Assembly: GCA_002399975.1 (NCBI GenBank)
Contig: DHER01000114.1
Span: forward strand, 999 to 64,998
DNA from: Firmicutes bacterium UBA4845
GTDB lineage: Bacteria; Bacillota; Clostridia; Tissierellales; Sedimentibacteraceae
DNA length: 64,000 bases
Direction of reading: 5' to 3'
Position numbers and translations under genes: made by a program
Shown here: positions 38,793 through 48,186 of the stretch, one piece after another
Position numbering within the stretch: the first letter of the stretch is position 1
Layout: the number at the start of each line of letters is the position of its first letter
Notes under the pieces: generated by a model
Databases searched by the model: none
Told to the model about the DNA's origin: nothing
Seen by the model: the letters and a program-made list of their open reading frames with translations, nothing else

Positions 38793-40724
38793 ATGTTTAA
38801 TGAAATGAAAGAAAGATGGATGAATTATGTTAATGAAGGCGAAACTTTTGCGGCAATCAAACCATGTATATTAAATTCATGGAAAAGGTGCAAAAAAATG
38901 GGAGTGAACCATTTGGCAGGCTGCGGAACAACTGTCAGCGAATCTGAATTAAGAGACAGTATTTTAAGAAAACACGAACTTATTAAGCTTTCGAGGCCAA
39001 TCTTGGAAAACGTTTTTAAAACAATTGAAAGCACCAGTTACAGCGTGGTGCTTACTGATGAAAAAGGGATTATTATTGATTTGATAATGAATAGTGATAT
39101 TACAGATATTCACAATAATTTGAATTTTGTGAAAGGGTCTTTGTGGAATGAAAAAAGTGTAGGTACCAATGCAATAGGGACATGCCTTGTAGTTGATAAG
39201 CCGGTGCAGGTAATAGGAGCAGAACACTACTGTGAATATCACCACAGGTGGACATGTTCGGCGGCGCCGATACACAACAGCAAAGGAGAAATAATAGGCA
39301 GCTTTGATATTTCTGGACGTGCAGAGGATGTTCAGACGCATACATTTGGAATTGCAGTTTCAAGTGCAAAATGTATAGAAAAACAGCTTATTATTTCAGA
39401 ATCCTATAATCTTATGGATACGGCTTTTGACTCTATACTTGATGGTATTATAGTAATAGACAGCAAATTGAAAATAATAAAGATAAATAATAAAATACCG
39501 GAGCTCTTCCATATGGAGAAGCAGGAAGTATTTAATATTGATATGAGCATGATACTAAATGGAATTAATATTGGAAGAGAAGTTTTTGTCGGAAAACACA
39601 AAATGAGCTTTACTGATGTTACAATTTCTTTAGCCAATAGGAAAATTGAATGCTCTTTAAACATTTCTCCGATAATTGAAGGGAACAATGCTACGGGTGC
39701 TGTTATTCTCATGCGAGAGGTAAAGCAGGTTATGAAAGAAGTGAGAAAATTAGCCGGATTCAAAGCCAACTATACGTTTGACAGCATTATAACCGTTAAT
39801 GATAGAATGAACGAGCTTATTAATATGGCAAAAAAAATTTCCAAGACTGACTGCTCTGTCTTAATAGAAGGGGAAAGCGGTGTGGGAAAGGAACTGTATG
39901 CGCAATCTATTCATAATGAAAGCCACAGAAGAAACGGTCCCTTTATAGCCATAAATTGTTCCGCAATTCCTAAGGAACTATTTGAAAGCGAGCTGTTCGG
40001 TTATGAAAGCGGCTCGTTTACCGGAGCAATGAAAGGAGGAAGACCGGGAAAATTTGAGCTTGCAATGGGCGGAACAATTTTTTTGGACGAAGTGGGCGAA
40101 ATACCGCTGGAAGTGCAGCCAAAGCTTTTGAGAGTTTTAGACAACAATAAAATAGTTAGAATTGGCGGAACATATGAAAAGGAACTGGATGTCAGGGTTG
40201 TTTCTGCCACCAACAGAAATTTGCTTGAGGAAGTAACGAAGGGCTCTTTCAGGCAGGATTTATATTTCAGGCTCAATGTTATAAATTTAAGGATACCGCC
40301 GCTGAGGAACAGAAAGGAGGATATCCTGGAGCTTGCCGAATATTTCCTGAAAGAGCTAAATGAAGAGAACAGCGGCATTAATAAAATTTTTAGTTCCGGT
40401 TTTAAAAATAAGCTGATAGAGTATGGATGGTATGGAAATGTCAGAGAACTGAAAAATATAATCCAGAGAGCTTACTATATGTCTGATGGAGATATTATCA
40501 GAAACGGACTTTTTTCAAAAGGAATTGAAACCAAGCATGTCAAGGAATCAAAATCACTTAGTCTCAAGGAAATAGAGAGGGACAGCATTTTAAAGGCTCT
40601 TTATTTCAATAATAATAATGTTTTGAAGGCCGCAAAGGATTTAAATATCAGCAAAGCAACAATATACAGAAAAATAAAGACTTATTCCATTAATTTAAAT
40701 AATTTTGAAAGGCTTATACAGTAA
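38793..40724 (+). CDS. acoR: sigma54-dependent activator, AcoR-like (GAF-PAS-AAA+-Fis HTH)
   Basis: SWKRC, GTNAIGT GAF motif, [22 protein letters not shown]; adjacent to the aco operon. Confidence 0.85.
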   Translation: MFNEMKERWMNYVNEGETFAAIKPCILNSWKRCKKMGVNHLAGCGTTVSESELRDSILRKHELIKLSRPILENVFKTIESTSYSVVLTDEKGIIIDLIMNSDITDIHNNLNFVKGSLWNEKSVGTNAIGTCLVVDKPVQVIGAEHYCEYHHRWTCSAAPIHNSKGEIIGSFDISGRAEDVQTHTFGIAVSSAKCIEKQLIISESYNLMDTAFDSILDGIIVIDSKLKIIKINNKIPELFHMEKQEVFNIDMSMILNGINIGREVFVGKHKMSFTDVTISLANRKIECSLNISPIIEGNNATGAVILMREVKQVMKEVRKLAGFKANYTFDSIITVNDRMNELINMAKKISKTDCSVLIEGESGVGKELYAQSIHNESHRRNGPFIAINCSAIPKELFESELFGYESGSFTGAMKGGRPGKFELAMGGTIFLDEVGEIPLEVQPKLLRVLDNNKIVRIGGTYEKELDVRVVSATNRNLLEEVTKGSFRQDLYFRLNVINLRIPPLRNRKEDILELAEYFLKELNEENSGINKIFSSGFKNKLIEYGWYGNVRELKNIIQRAYYMSDGDIIRNGLFSKGIETKHVKESKSLSLKEIERDSILKALYFNNNNVLKAAKDLNISKATIYRKIKTYSINLNNFERLIQ

Positions 40725-40787
40725 AATTTATTTTTTGTCATCAACACATGAATAAAGAAGTATCATCGTTTAACATAAGTATTCAAT

Positions 40788-40906
40788 AAAAAGTATCATT
40801 TTAAGACGTTTCTCAAAATGATACTTTTTTTATTCGAAAGATATTACATAAATTTTTTTAAATCAGTATCAATATGAGAATTATTTTCTCATATTGATAC
40901 TGATTT
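40788..40906. promoter_or_regulatory. tandem inverted repeats, putative AcoR enhancer sites
   Basis: Imperfect IR 40788-40829 and perfect 21-bp IR 40860-40906, each made of two GTATCA-N3-T(G/A)AGA-like units. Confidence 0.6.
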
Positions 40907-41017
40907 TGAAGACAAATTACTTGCAGACATAAACAGGTGTAATTCGAACAAGCTGGTATCTGTTCATTTTAAAGGTTTGTAAACATAAATATATTAGCGG
41001 CTCTTTTTTTATAAGGC

Positions 41018-41033
41018 TGGCATATAAATTGCT
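41018..41033 (+). promoter_or_regulatory. sigma54 -24/-12 promoter of the aco operon
   Basis: TGGCATATAAATTGCT. Confidence 0.88.
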
Positions 41034-41057
41034 TAATGTACTATTGAACTGTGGGAG

Positions 41058-41441
41058 GTGATAAAAACGAACAGATTCATAATTGAATTTGGAATGGGAA
41101 TAGATTTTCATGGTCAGAATGTTACAAATGCTGCAGTTAAAGCCGCAAAGGATGCCATATCCAAAAGCTGTCTTATTGGATTAAATGAGGTATGCGGATT
41201 TTCCCAAAATAATATCAATGAAAATGTATTCATTGAAGTTACTGTTGCCGTTACAAGGCCTGAAGATGTGAAGGCTGAGGAAGTGGCAAAGTGTTTCCCG
41301 ATAGGTAATGTGAAGGTTAAAGCAATAAGAGGAGGATTAAAAACGGATGGGCTTTATTTCACAAGATTTGGAGATAAGGACGATTCTATTGAAGTTGCTA
41401 TAGCAGGAGTAAAGGTTAAAGTAAAAATTGATGGGAGGTAA
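41058..41441 (+). CDS. Lin0512-family protein
   Basis: IEFGMGIDFHGQNVTNAAVKAAKDAI motif. Confidence 0.8.
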   Translation: MIKTNRFIIEFGMGIDFHGQNVTNAAVKAAKDAISKSCLIGLNEVCGFSQNNINENVFIEVTVAVTRPEDVKAEEVAKCFPIGNVKVKAIRGGLKTDGLYFTRFGDKDDSIEVAIAGVKVKVKIDGR

Positions 41442-41445
41442 TATT

Positions 41446-42432
41446 TTGAAAATTACAAACGAACAAATAAAAAACATGTATGAAACAATGTTGAAGATTC
41501 GTAAATTTGAAACAAGAGCAAAAGATTTATTTGCCGAAGGAAAGGTCGGAGGTTTTGTCCATCTGTATATAGGTGAAGAAGCGGTAGCTACAGGAGCCTG
41601 TGCAAATTTAAGAACTGATGACTATATTACCAGTACTCACAGAGGACACGGTCACATTATAGCCAAAGGCGGGGATCTGAAATATATGATGGCAGAGTTG
41701 TTTCAAAAAGAAACAGGCTATTGCAAAGGCAAAGGCGGTTCCATGCACATAGCTGATGCTACTAAAGGTATACTTGGGGCAAACGGTATCGTAGGTGCAG
41801 GCCAAAATATTGCCGTGGGTTCAGGATTAGCTATTCAATACAAGAAAACAGATCAGGTTTGCGTCTGCTTTTTCGGTGATGCGTCAACCAATCAGAGCAC
41901 ATTTCACGAAGCCTTGAATTTAGCCAGTGTTTGGAAGCTTCCTGTAATATTCGTATGTGAAAATAACGGATATGGTATTTCTGTAAGCCAGGCAAGGCAC
42001 CAGGCCATAACAGATGTTTCTGTAAGAGCCGCAGCATACAATATGCCCGGGGTAACTGTGGACGGGAATGATGTATTTGCTGTTTATGAAGCTGTAAATG
42101 AGGCTGTGGCAAAAGCAAGGAAGGGACAGGGACCTACACTTGTAGAATGCAAGACTTATAGGTGGCGCGGACATTTTGAGGGAGATCCTACAGTATATAG
42201 ACCAGCGGGTGAATTGGAAAAATGGATTAAAAAAGACCCAATTCCCAGGGTTGAAAAATATATGCTTGAAAATAAAATCATGACGGACGAAGAAATTGCA
42301 GCAAAGAATACTTATGTGGATGACATGATTAAAGAAGCTGAAAAATTTGCTGATGAGAGCAGTATGCCATCATTGGAATCAGCGCTTCAGGATGTTTATA
42401 CAGATATTATTGAGGAGGGCAGAGTAAGATGA
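41446..42432 (+). CDS. acoA: acetoin dehydrogenase E1 alpha (TPP-dependent)
   Basis: HLYIGEEA, STHRGHGH, FGDASTN TPP motif, TYRWRGHFEGD; TTG start after GGGAGG. Confidence 0.9.
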   Translation: MKITNEQIKNMYETMLKIRKFETRAKDLFAEGKVGGFVHLYIGEEAVATGACANLRTDDYITSTHRGHGHIIAKGGDLKYMMAELFQKETGYCKGKGGSMHIADATKGILGANGIVGAGQNIAVGSGLAIQYKKTDQVCVCFFGDASTNQSTFHEALNLASVWKLPVIFVCENNGYGISVSQARHQAITDVSVRAAAYNMPGVTVDGNDVFAVYEAVNEAVAKARKGQGPTLVECKTYRWRGHFEGDPTVYRPAGELEKWIKKDPIPRVEKYMLENKIMTDEEIAAKNTYVDDMIKEAEKFADESSMPSLESALQDVYTDIIEEGRVR

Positions 42433-43400
42433 GAAAAATGACATATGCCGAGGGTATTAGAGAAGGAATGAGCGTTAGGATGAGAGAAAATCCCAATGTT
42501 TTTCTCTTTGGCGAAGATGTGGGAAAATTCGGAGGCTGTTTTGGCGTATCTGCTGGAATGTATGATGAGTTTGGTGAAATGAGAGTCAGAGATACTCCCA
42601 TATCTGAGGGAGCCATAATAGGCGGTGCAGTAGGCTCTGCAGCATGCGGCCTAAGACCTATAGCAGAATTAATGTTTGTAGATTTTGTAACGGTAGGTAT
42701 GGACCAGCTTGTAAATCAGGCTGCTAAAATGAGATATATGTTCGGAGGTAAAATTAAGCTTCCAATAGTTGTGAGAATGCCCGGAGGCGGCGGATCAGGC
42801 GCAGCGGCACAGCATTCCCAGTCTCTTGAAGCATGGATGGCTCATGCACCGGGGCTGAAAGTTGTTTATCCTTCAAATGCACAGGATGCTTACGGATTAA
42901 TGCTTACTGCAATAGACGATGATAACCCTGTGGTATATTTGGAGCACAAGATGCTGTATCCTGTAAAAAGTGATGTGGAAGATGAAGTTAAACCAATACC
43001 TTTCGGAAAGGCCGCAGTTAAAAAAGAAGGAACCGACGCAACAATTGTAACATACGGGCGCCAGGTTCTTGATTCTTTAAAGGCTGCGGAAATATTGGCA
43101 AAAGACGGCATAGAAGCTGAAGTTATAGATATAAGGACATTGTTCCCACTTGATAAGGAAACAATATTTGAGTCCTTAAAAAAGACTCACAAGGTTGTGG
43201 TAGTCAGCGAAGAGGCTAAAAGAGGTGCATATACAGCAGAAATTGCGGCTGTAATAGCTGAAGAGAATTTCTTTGAATTAGATGCTCCGATAAAAAGAGT
43301 AGGTGCCTTGAATACACCAATAGCGTTTGCATCCAACTTGGAGAGTTATATTCTTCCCAGTGTTCAGGATATTGTTATTGCAGTTAAATCGCTTTTATAA
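42429..43400 (+). CDS. acoB: acetoin dehydrogenase E1 beta
   Basis: GEDVG, DTPISE, AQHSQ, LEHKMLY. Confidence 0.9.
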   Translation: MRKMTYAEGIREGMSVRMRENPNVFLFGEDVGKFGGCFGVSAGMYDEFGEMRVRDTPISEGAIIGGAVGSAACGLRPIAELMFVDFVTVGMDQLVNQAAKMRYMFGGKIKLPIVVRMPGGGGSGAAAQHSQSLEAWMAHAPGLKVVYPSNAQDAYGLMLTAIDDDNPVVYLEHKMLYPVKSDVEDEVKPIPFGKAAVKKEGTDATIVTYGRQVLDSLKAAEILAKDGIEAEVIDIRTLFPLDKETIFESLKKTHKVVVVSEEAKRGAYTAEIAAVIAEENFFELDAPIKRVGALNTPIAFASNLESYILPSVQDIVIAVKSLL

Positions 43401-43464
43401 TTTATGGTTAGCACAGCTTTAATTTTAAATTAAAGCTGTGCCGTTATAGGAGGGAATTTTAAGC

Positions 43465-44466
43465 TTGATATCAATAGGAATAATTGCAAACCCCGCTTCA
43501 GGCAAAGATATCAGGAGGCTTGTTTCGCACGCCACCATAATAGATAATAATGAAAAGATAAATATAGTTGAGAGAATTGTGCTGGGTGCACAGGCTTTAG
43601 GTGTTGAAAGAGTATATATGATGCCTGACTCATATAATATGGGATATAGAGCTGAGGATAATCTTAATATTTGCAATGAATTAAAATGTGAAATAAATGT
43701 AATAAATATTATGCGTTTCGACGGAATGGAAGATACCATTAGCGCCGTAAAATTCATGGAAGATGCAAAGGTAGGGTGCATAGTAACATTAGGAGGAGAC
43801 GGGACAAACAGGGCTGTTGCCAAAGTTATAAAGGATACACCTATTATTTCGATTTCAACAGGAACAAACAATGTATATCCCGAAATGATGGAAGGAACTG
43901 TTGTGGGCATGGCATCGGCGGCAGTCGCTTCCGGTTGTTTTGACAAGAGATTGTTCATGCAAAGAGATAAGCGCATAGAAATATACAAGGGTGGAGAAAT
44001 GATAGATGTTGCCCTTATTGATGCAGTTATATCCAGGGATGTATTAGTAGGCTCAAAAGCAATCTGGGATATGGACAGTATTGATAAGATCTATGTTACC
44101 AGGTGCCATCCTGCATCTATAGGGTTTTCTTCCATAATGGGGAGTAAAAAAATTATTACTGAAGATGATGACTTCGGAGCGTATGGAGAGATAAATCAAA
44201 AAAGCCAAAAAGTTATTGCGGCTGTAGCCGCAGGTGTTTTATCTCATATTTCAATATCTGAACCGGTTATATTGAATTTGAATGAGGAGCACAGCTTTAT
44301 TTCAAAATATAGAGGTACAATAGCTCTTGACGGTGAAAGGGAAATACCATTTTCTGAAAACCAGGAATATATATTTAAAATTACAAAAAACGGTCCAAAT
44401 CACGTAAATGTGAAAAAAGTGCTGGAAACATCCCAGAAAAACGGCTTTTTCAATATAGAGCCGTAA
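43465..44466 (+). CDS. acoX: AcoX / ATP-NAD kinase-like protein
   Basis: IANPASGKDIRRLV, LGGDGTNR, STGTNNV. Confidence 0.85.
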   Translation: MISIGIIANPASGKDIRRLVSHATIIDNNEKINIVERIVLGAQALGVERVYMMPDSYNMGYRAEDNLNICNELKCEINVINIMRFDGMEDTISAVKFMEDAKVGCIVTLGGDGTNRAVAKVIKDTPIISISTGTNNVYPEMMEGTVVGMASAAVASGCFDKRLFMQRDKRIEIYKGGEMIDVALIDAVISRDVLVGSKAIWDMDSIDKIYVTRCHPASIGFSSIMGSKKIITEDDDFGAYGEINQKSQKVIAAVAAGVLSHISISEPVILNLNEEHSFISKYRGTIALDGEREIPFSENQEYIFKITKNGPNHVNVKKVLETSQKNGFFNIEP

Positions 44467-44486
44467 TTTCAGATAAGGAGGGAAAT

Positions 44487-45800
44487 ATGGCAGAATTTAT
44501 AGTAATGCCGAAAATGGGGCTGACCATGACGGAAGGTACCATATCAAATTGGAGGAAACAAGAGGGAGATACAATAAAAAAAGGTGAAATTATTTTTGAT
44601 GTTGAAACAGATAAATTAACAAACGAATTTGATTCAAAGGCAGATGGTGTTTTAAGGAAGATATTAGTTAAGAGCGGCACGGTTCCTGTATTGGCACCGG
44701 TTGCAATTGTAGGAGATAAAGATGAGGATATATCCACGCTGTTAAATCAAGCGGCAGCATCTACGGAGGCTGAAAATGCCAGTGAAAAACAAATTCAGGA
44801 AGCACAGATTGGGCAGTTGAAAACACCGATTGCTGAAAAGGGCGGAAGAGTAAAAGTTACTCCGAGAGCTAAGAAGGTTGCCAAAGAATTGGGAGTGGAT
44901 ATTTCATCTGTGCCTGGAACAGGTTCTGAAGGGTCAGTAACGGAACAGGATGTCAGAAATTATGCAAAGAAGAACGAAAGTGAAAAGAAAAAAACTTCTC
45001 CGGTTGCTTCTATAACTGCGGAGCGCCTCGGAGTGGATATAAATAAAATAGAAAAATCCTCCCGCATAATGAAAAAAGATGTTGTGAAATATAAGTTAAG
45101 TGAAGAATTAGAAAAATATGCGAACCCGCAGGAATTTAGAAAGCCAATGAGCACGATGAGAAAGGTGATTTCTCAAAGAATGCTTGAAAGTAAGCGTGTT
45201 TCCCCTACGGTAACATATAACATTAAAGTAGATACATCTGCAGTTAAGCAGATAAGAGAAGATATCAAGGAAGAAACAAAAGTGTCTTATAATGATATAC
45301 TGATTAAAATTGTATCTGAAGTATTGTTGGAATACCCTCTTTTGAACAGTTCTGTTGACGATAATGAAATAATTATCAGGAACTATGTGAACATGGGATT
45401 CGCAGTTGCGCTAAACGAAGGTTTAATCGTGCCCGTTGTTAAATATGCCAATGTGAAAGGATTAAATGAAATATCAGCGAAAGCAAAGGAACTGGCAGAA
45501 AAAGCCAGGAGTAACGGACTTACTCCCGACGATTTGAACGGAGGTACATTTACAATAAGCAATGTAGGAATGTATGGGGTTGAATCCTTTACGCCCATTA
45601 TAAATCAGCCGCAGGTGGCAATATTGGGAGTAAATGCAATCAATGAAGAAGCAGTCGTTGTAAATGGAGAAATAAAGATTAAACCAATGATGGGATTAAG
45701 CTTAACCGCGGATCACAGGGTTATAGACGGAGCAGTAGCGGCGGAATTCCTGTCAAAACTGAAAAAATATATTGAGAAGCCGGGGCTTCTTTTACTGTGA
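44487..45800 (+). CDS. acoC: dihydrolipoamide acetyltransferase E2
   Basis: Lipoyl ETDK, two E3-binding repeats, GGTFTISN, DHRVIDG. Confidence 0.9.
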   Translation: MAEFIVMPKMGLTMTEGTISNWRKQEGDTIKKGEIIFDVETDKLTNEFDSKADGVLRKILVKSGTVPVLAPVAIVGDKDEDISTLLNQAAASTEAENASEKQIQEAQIGQLKTPIAEKGGRVKVTPRAKKVAKELGVDISSVPGTGSEGSVTEQDVRNYAKKNESEKKKTSPVASITAERLGVDINKIEKSSRIMKKDVVKYKLSEELEKYANPQEFRKPMSTMRKVISQRMLESKRVSPTVTYNIKVDTSAVKQIREDIKEETKVSYNDILIKIVSEVLLEYPLLNSSVDDNEIIIRNYVNMGFAVALNEGLIVPVVKYANVKGLNEISAKAKELAEKARSNGLTPDDLNGGTFTISNVGMYGVESFTPIINQPQVAILGVNAINEEAVVVNGEIKIKPMMGLSLTADHRVIDGAVAAEFLSKLKKYIEKPGLLLL

Positions 45801-45811
45801 AGGAGGCAGCC

Positions 45812-47194
45812 ATGAAAATAGCAATAGTTGGAGGTGGTCCCGGAGGATATGTTGCGGCTATAAGAGCAGCACAATTAGGCGCGGAGGTTACCTTGATTGA
45901 AAAAGAAAACTTAGGAGGCACATGTTTAAATAAAGGATGTATTCCGACAAAGGTTCTGTTGCACACATCGGAGCGTATTGAAGAAATAAAAAATGATTAT
46001 GATAAAATTGGAATTGAAGTCTGCGAAGCTAAATTGGATTGGGCTAAGCTTCAAGAAAGAAAGGAAAAGATAGTCAAAAATCTTACAGGAGGAGTAGGTT
46101 CTTTATTAAGGAAAAACAAAGTAACAAGAATAACAGGGGAAGGAGAATTTAAAAATAAAAATCAACTGCGAGTAAAAACGGAACACGGTACGTCAGTCAC
46201 CGTTGATTTTGACTATGCCGTAATTGCATCAGGGTCAAGGCCCGTAGTTCCTCCACTGCCTGGGACAGACCTTCCGGGGGTGATAACAAGCGATGAGGCT
46301 CTTTGTCTGGGTGAAGTCCCCAGGAGCATGGTTATCATAGGAGGCGGCGTTATAGGAGCTGAGTTTGCGGCTGCCTACAGCGCTTTAGGATGCAGGATAA
46401 CGATTGTGGAAATGCTTCCCAAAATAGTTGCTAATATGGACCAGGATATTGTAAAATCTCTTAAGGAAAAATTTATTAAAAAAGGCATTGAAATACACAC
46501 TAGTACCAAGGTTGAGTCAATTTCCCGAACATCGGCAGGGCTTCTGATTAATACTTCTTCCGTGGAAGGTAAAAGATTCTTTGAAGCTGAAAAGGTATTA
46601 CTGTCAATAGGCAGACGGCCTGCCACAGACGGCTTGGGCCTGGAAAATACAGGCGTGAAAACAGAAAGAGGATCAATCGCAGTGGAAAGGAATATGCGGA
46701 CAAACGTAAGCAATATATATGCAATCGGCGACTGTATCGGCGGCATAATGCTTGCCCACGTGGCATCAGCGGAAGGAATTGCAGCTGTTGAATCAATTAT
46801 GGGTAAAAAAACGGCAATTGATTTTAAGACAGTTCCATATTGCGTATATACAAAACCGGAACTGGCAGGTGTAGGATTAACGGAAGAACAGGCAAAATCC
46901 GAGGGATATGACGTAAAAATTGGTGTGTTCCCTATGTATGGCAACGGTAAAGCAGTGATAGAGTGTGAGACGGAAGGACTGGTGAAATATATTGCCGATA
47001 ATGATACCGGAGAAATATTGGGGATGCATATGGCAGGTCCAAGAGCTACAGATCTAATTGTGGAGGGCGCACTTGCCATAAGGCTTGAAGCAACCATAGA
47101 TGAAATTATCTCAACTATACACGCTCACCCAACAATAAGTGAAGCGCTGCAGGAAGCTGCCCGTGCAGTACATGATAATCCAATCCACATATAA
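45812..47194 (+). CDS. acoL: dihydrolipoamide dehydrogenase E3
   Basis: GGGPGGY, GGTCLNKGCIP, HAHPT..E. Confidence 0.92.
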   Translation: MKIAIVGGGPGGYVAAIRAAQLGAEVTLIEKENLGGTCLNKGCIPTKVLLHTSERIEEIKNDYDKIGIEVCEAKLDWAKLQERKEKIVKNLTGGVGSLLRKNKVTRITGEGEFKNKNQLRVKTEHGTSVTVDFDYAVIASGSRPVVPPLPGTDLPGVITSDEALCLGEVPRSMVIIGGGVIGAEFAAAYSALGCRITIVEMLPKIVANMDQDIVKSLKEKFIKKGIEIHTSTKVESISRTSAGLLINTSSVEGKRFFEAEKVLLSIGRRPATDGLGLENTGVKTERGSIAVERNMRTNVSNIYAIGDCIGGIMLAHVASAEGIAAVESIMGKKTAIDFKTVPYCVYTKPELAGVGLTEEQAKSEGYDVKIGVFPMYGNGKAVIECETEGLVKYIADNDTGEILGMHMAGPRATDLIVEGALAIRLEATIDEIISTIHAHPTISEALQEAARAVHDNPIHI

Positions 47195-47272
47195 TTAAGG
47201 CTCCATCAAAAAATATTATTACTGGAAATTATCAAGGATGGACTTCAATTTAACATAATGGTATAATGAAAT

Positions 47273-47317
47273 AAAAAAGGACTGCTAAGAGATGAAGCCA
47301 TGACATTTCAGCAGTCC
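47273..47317 (-). terminator. intrinsic terminator of the XRE gene
   Basis: Minus strand GGACTGCT...AGCAGTCC followed by TTTTTT. Confidence 0.6.
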
Positions 47318-47357
47318 ATTCTATTCGCTAAATCATGTTTAGACGAATGGTTAAAAT

Positions 47358-47732
47358 TTAATCTTTTTGATTAAAAGAGTTTAATCCTGTAACAACATGT
47401 ATGAAACCTTGTATATCTCTCTTTTTTTCTTTGCCTAATTTTCTGTATGCTTCAATAAGTTCTTTTTCTTCTTCGGACAAATATAACTCGTGAGATTCAT
47501 TAGAATTTTCTTTTTTAGCAAGTGCCATAGGCGGTTCTCCTGTAAGAATCCAGTCTATGGAAACACCGAATAATTGTCTTAAGGCTATCAGAGCATTGCT
47601 TGACGGAGCAAATTTATCATTTTCAAGCTCGCTTAAATTTCCCGTAGACAGACCGGTCATATTTCTTACTTCAGTTAAAGATAATTTGTTAATTTTACGT
47701 GCATATCGTATTCTTTTTCCGATTGTATCCAA
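47358..47732 (-). CDS. XRE-family HTH repressor (CI/ImmR-like, no S24 peptidase domain)
   Basis: IGKRIRYARK, LSELEND, FGVSIDWILTG; GGAGGT SD before TTG. Confidence 0.9.
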   Translation of the reverse strand: MDTIGKRIRYARKINKLSLTEVRNMTGLSTGNLSELENDKFAPSSNALIALRQLFGVSIDWILTGEPPMALAKKENSNESHELYLSEEEKELIEAYRKLGKEKKRDIQGFIHVVTGLNSFNQKD

Positions 47733-47748
47733 AAGATCACCTCCGTTA

Positions 47749-47860
47749 TATCTATTAAAAGATAATATGTATTGACTTTATCGGATATCTGATATAATAT
47801 AAATATGACTAAATATTAATCATCTATTATACATTTTAGCACAATATCTTATAAACGAGA
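47749..47860. promoter_or_regulatory. three TATC-N8-GA(T/G)A operator-like sites and divergent promoter region
   Basis: 47749-47764 TATCTATTAAAAGATA; 47779-47794 TATCGGATATCTGATA, between TTGACT and TGnTATAAT; 47845-47860 TATCTTATAAACGAGA. Confidence 0.55.
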
Positions 47861-47884
47861 ATATATTTTTGAGGAGGACCATAT

Positions 47885-48076
47885 ATGAAAAAAAGGAAGC
47901 TTACTCCTTTCGGCCTGAGAGTAAAAAACAGACTAGCTGATTTAAATATGTCCCAAAAGGATTTGGCAGAAAAATTAGGTACATCCGGTGCTTATCTAAG
48001 TATGATTTTATATGGGGTTCGTTCCGGGAATATGTATATAGAAGATATTAAACAAATTTTAGATATTGATTATTAA
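47885..48076 (+). CDS. Cro-like small HTH protein
   Basis: MSQKDLAEKLGTSGAYLSMILYG; GAGGAGG SD; divergent from the XRE gene. Confidence 0.85.
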   Translation: MKKRKLTPFGLRVKNRLADLNMSQKDLAEKLGTSGAYLSMILYGVRSGNMYIEDIKQILDIDY

Positions 48077-48186
48077 ACATATCAGGTTTAGCTAAACAGT
48101 TTACAAAACATTCCAAAATAGTTACTAATATGATGAGGTAAAACAGGGTAATATATGTTGTAATATAATTTGTTAGGAGTTGGCAT

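Noticed and set aside
47358-48076. Prophage or ICE
   Set aside because: No integrase, replication, structural or conjugation genes and no att-like repeats; flanks are acoL and fbp
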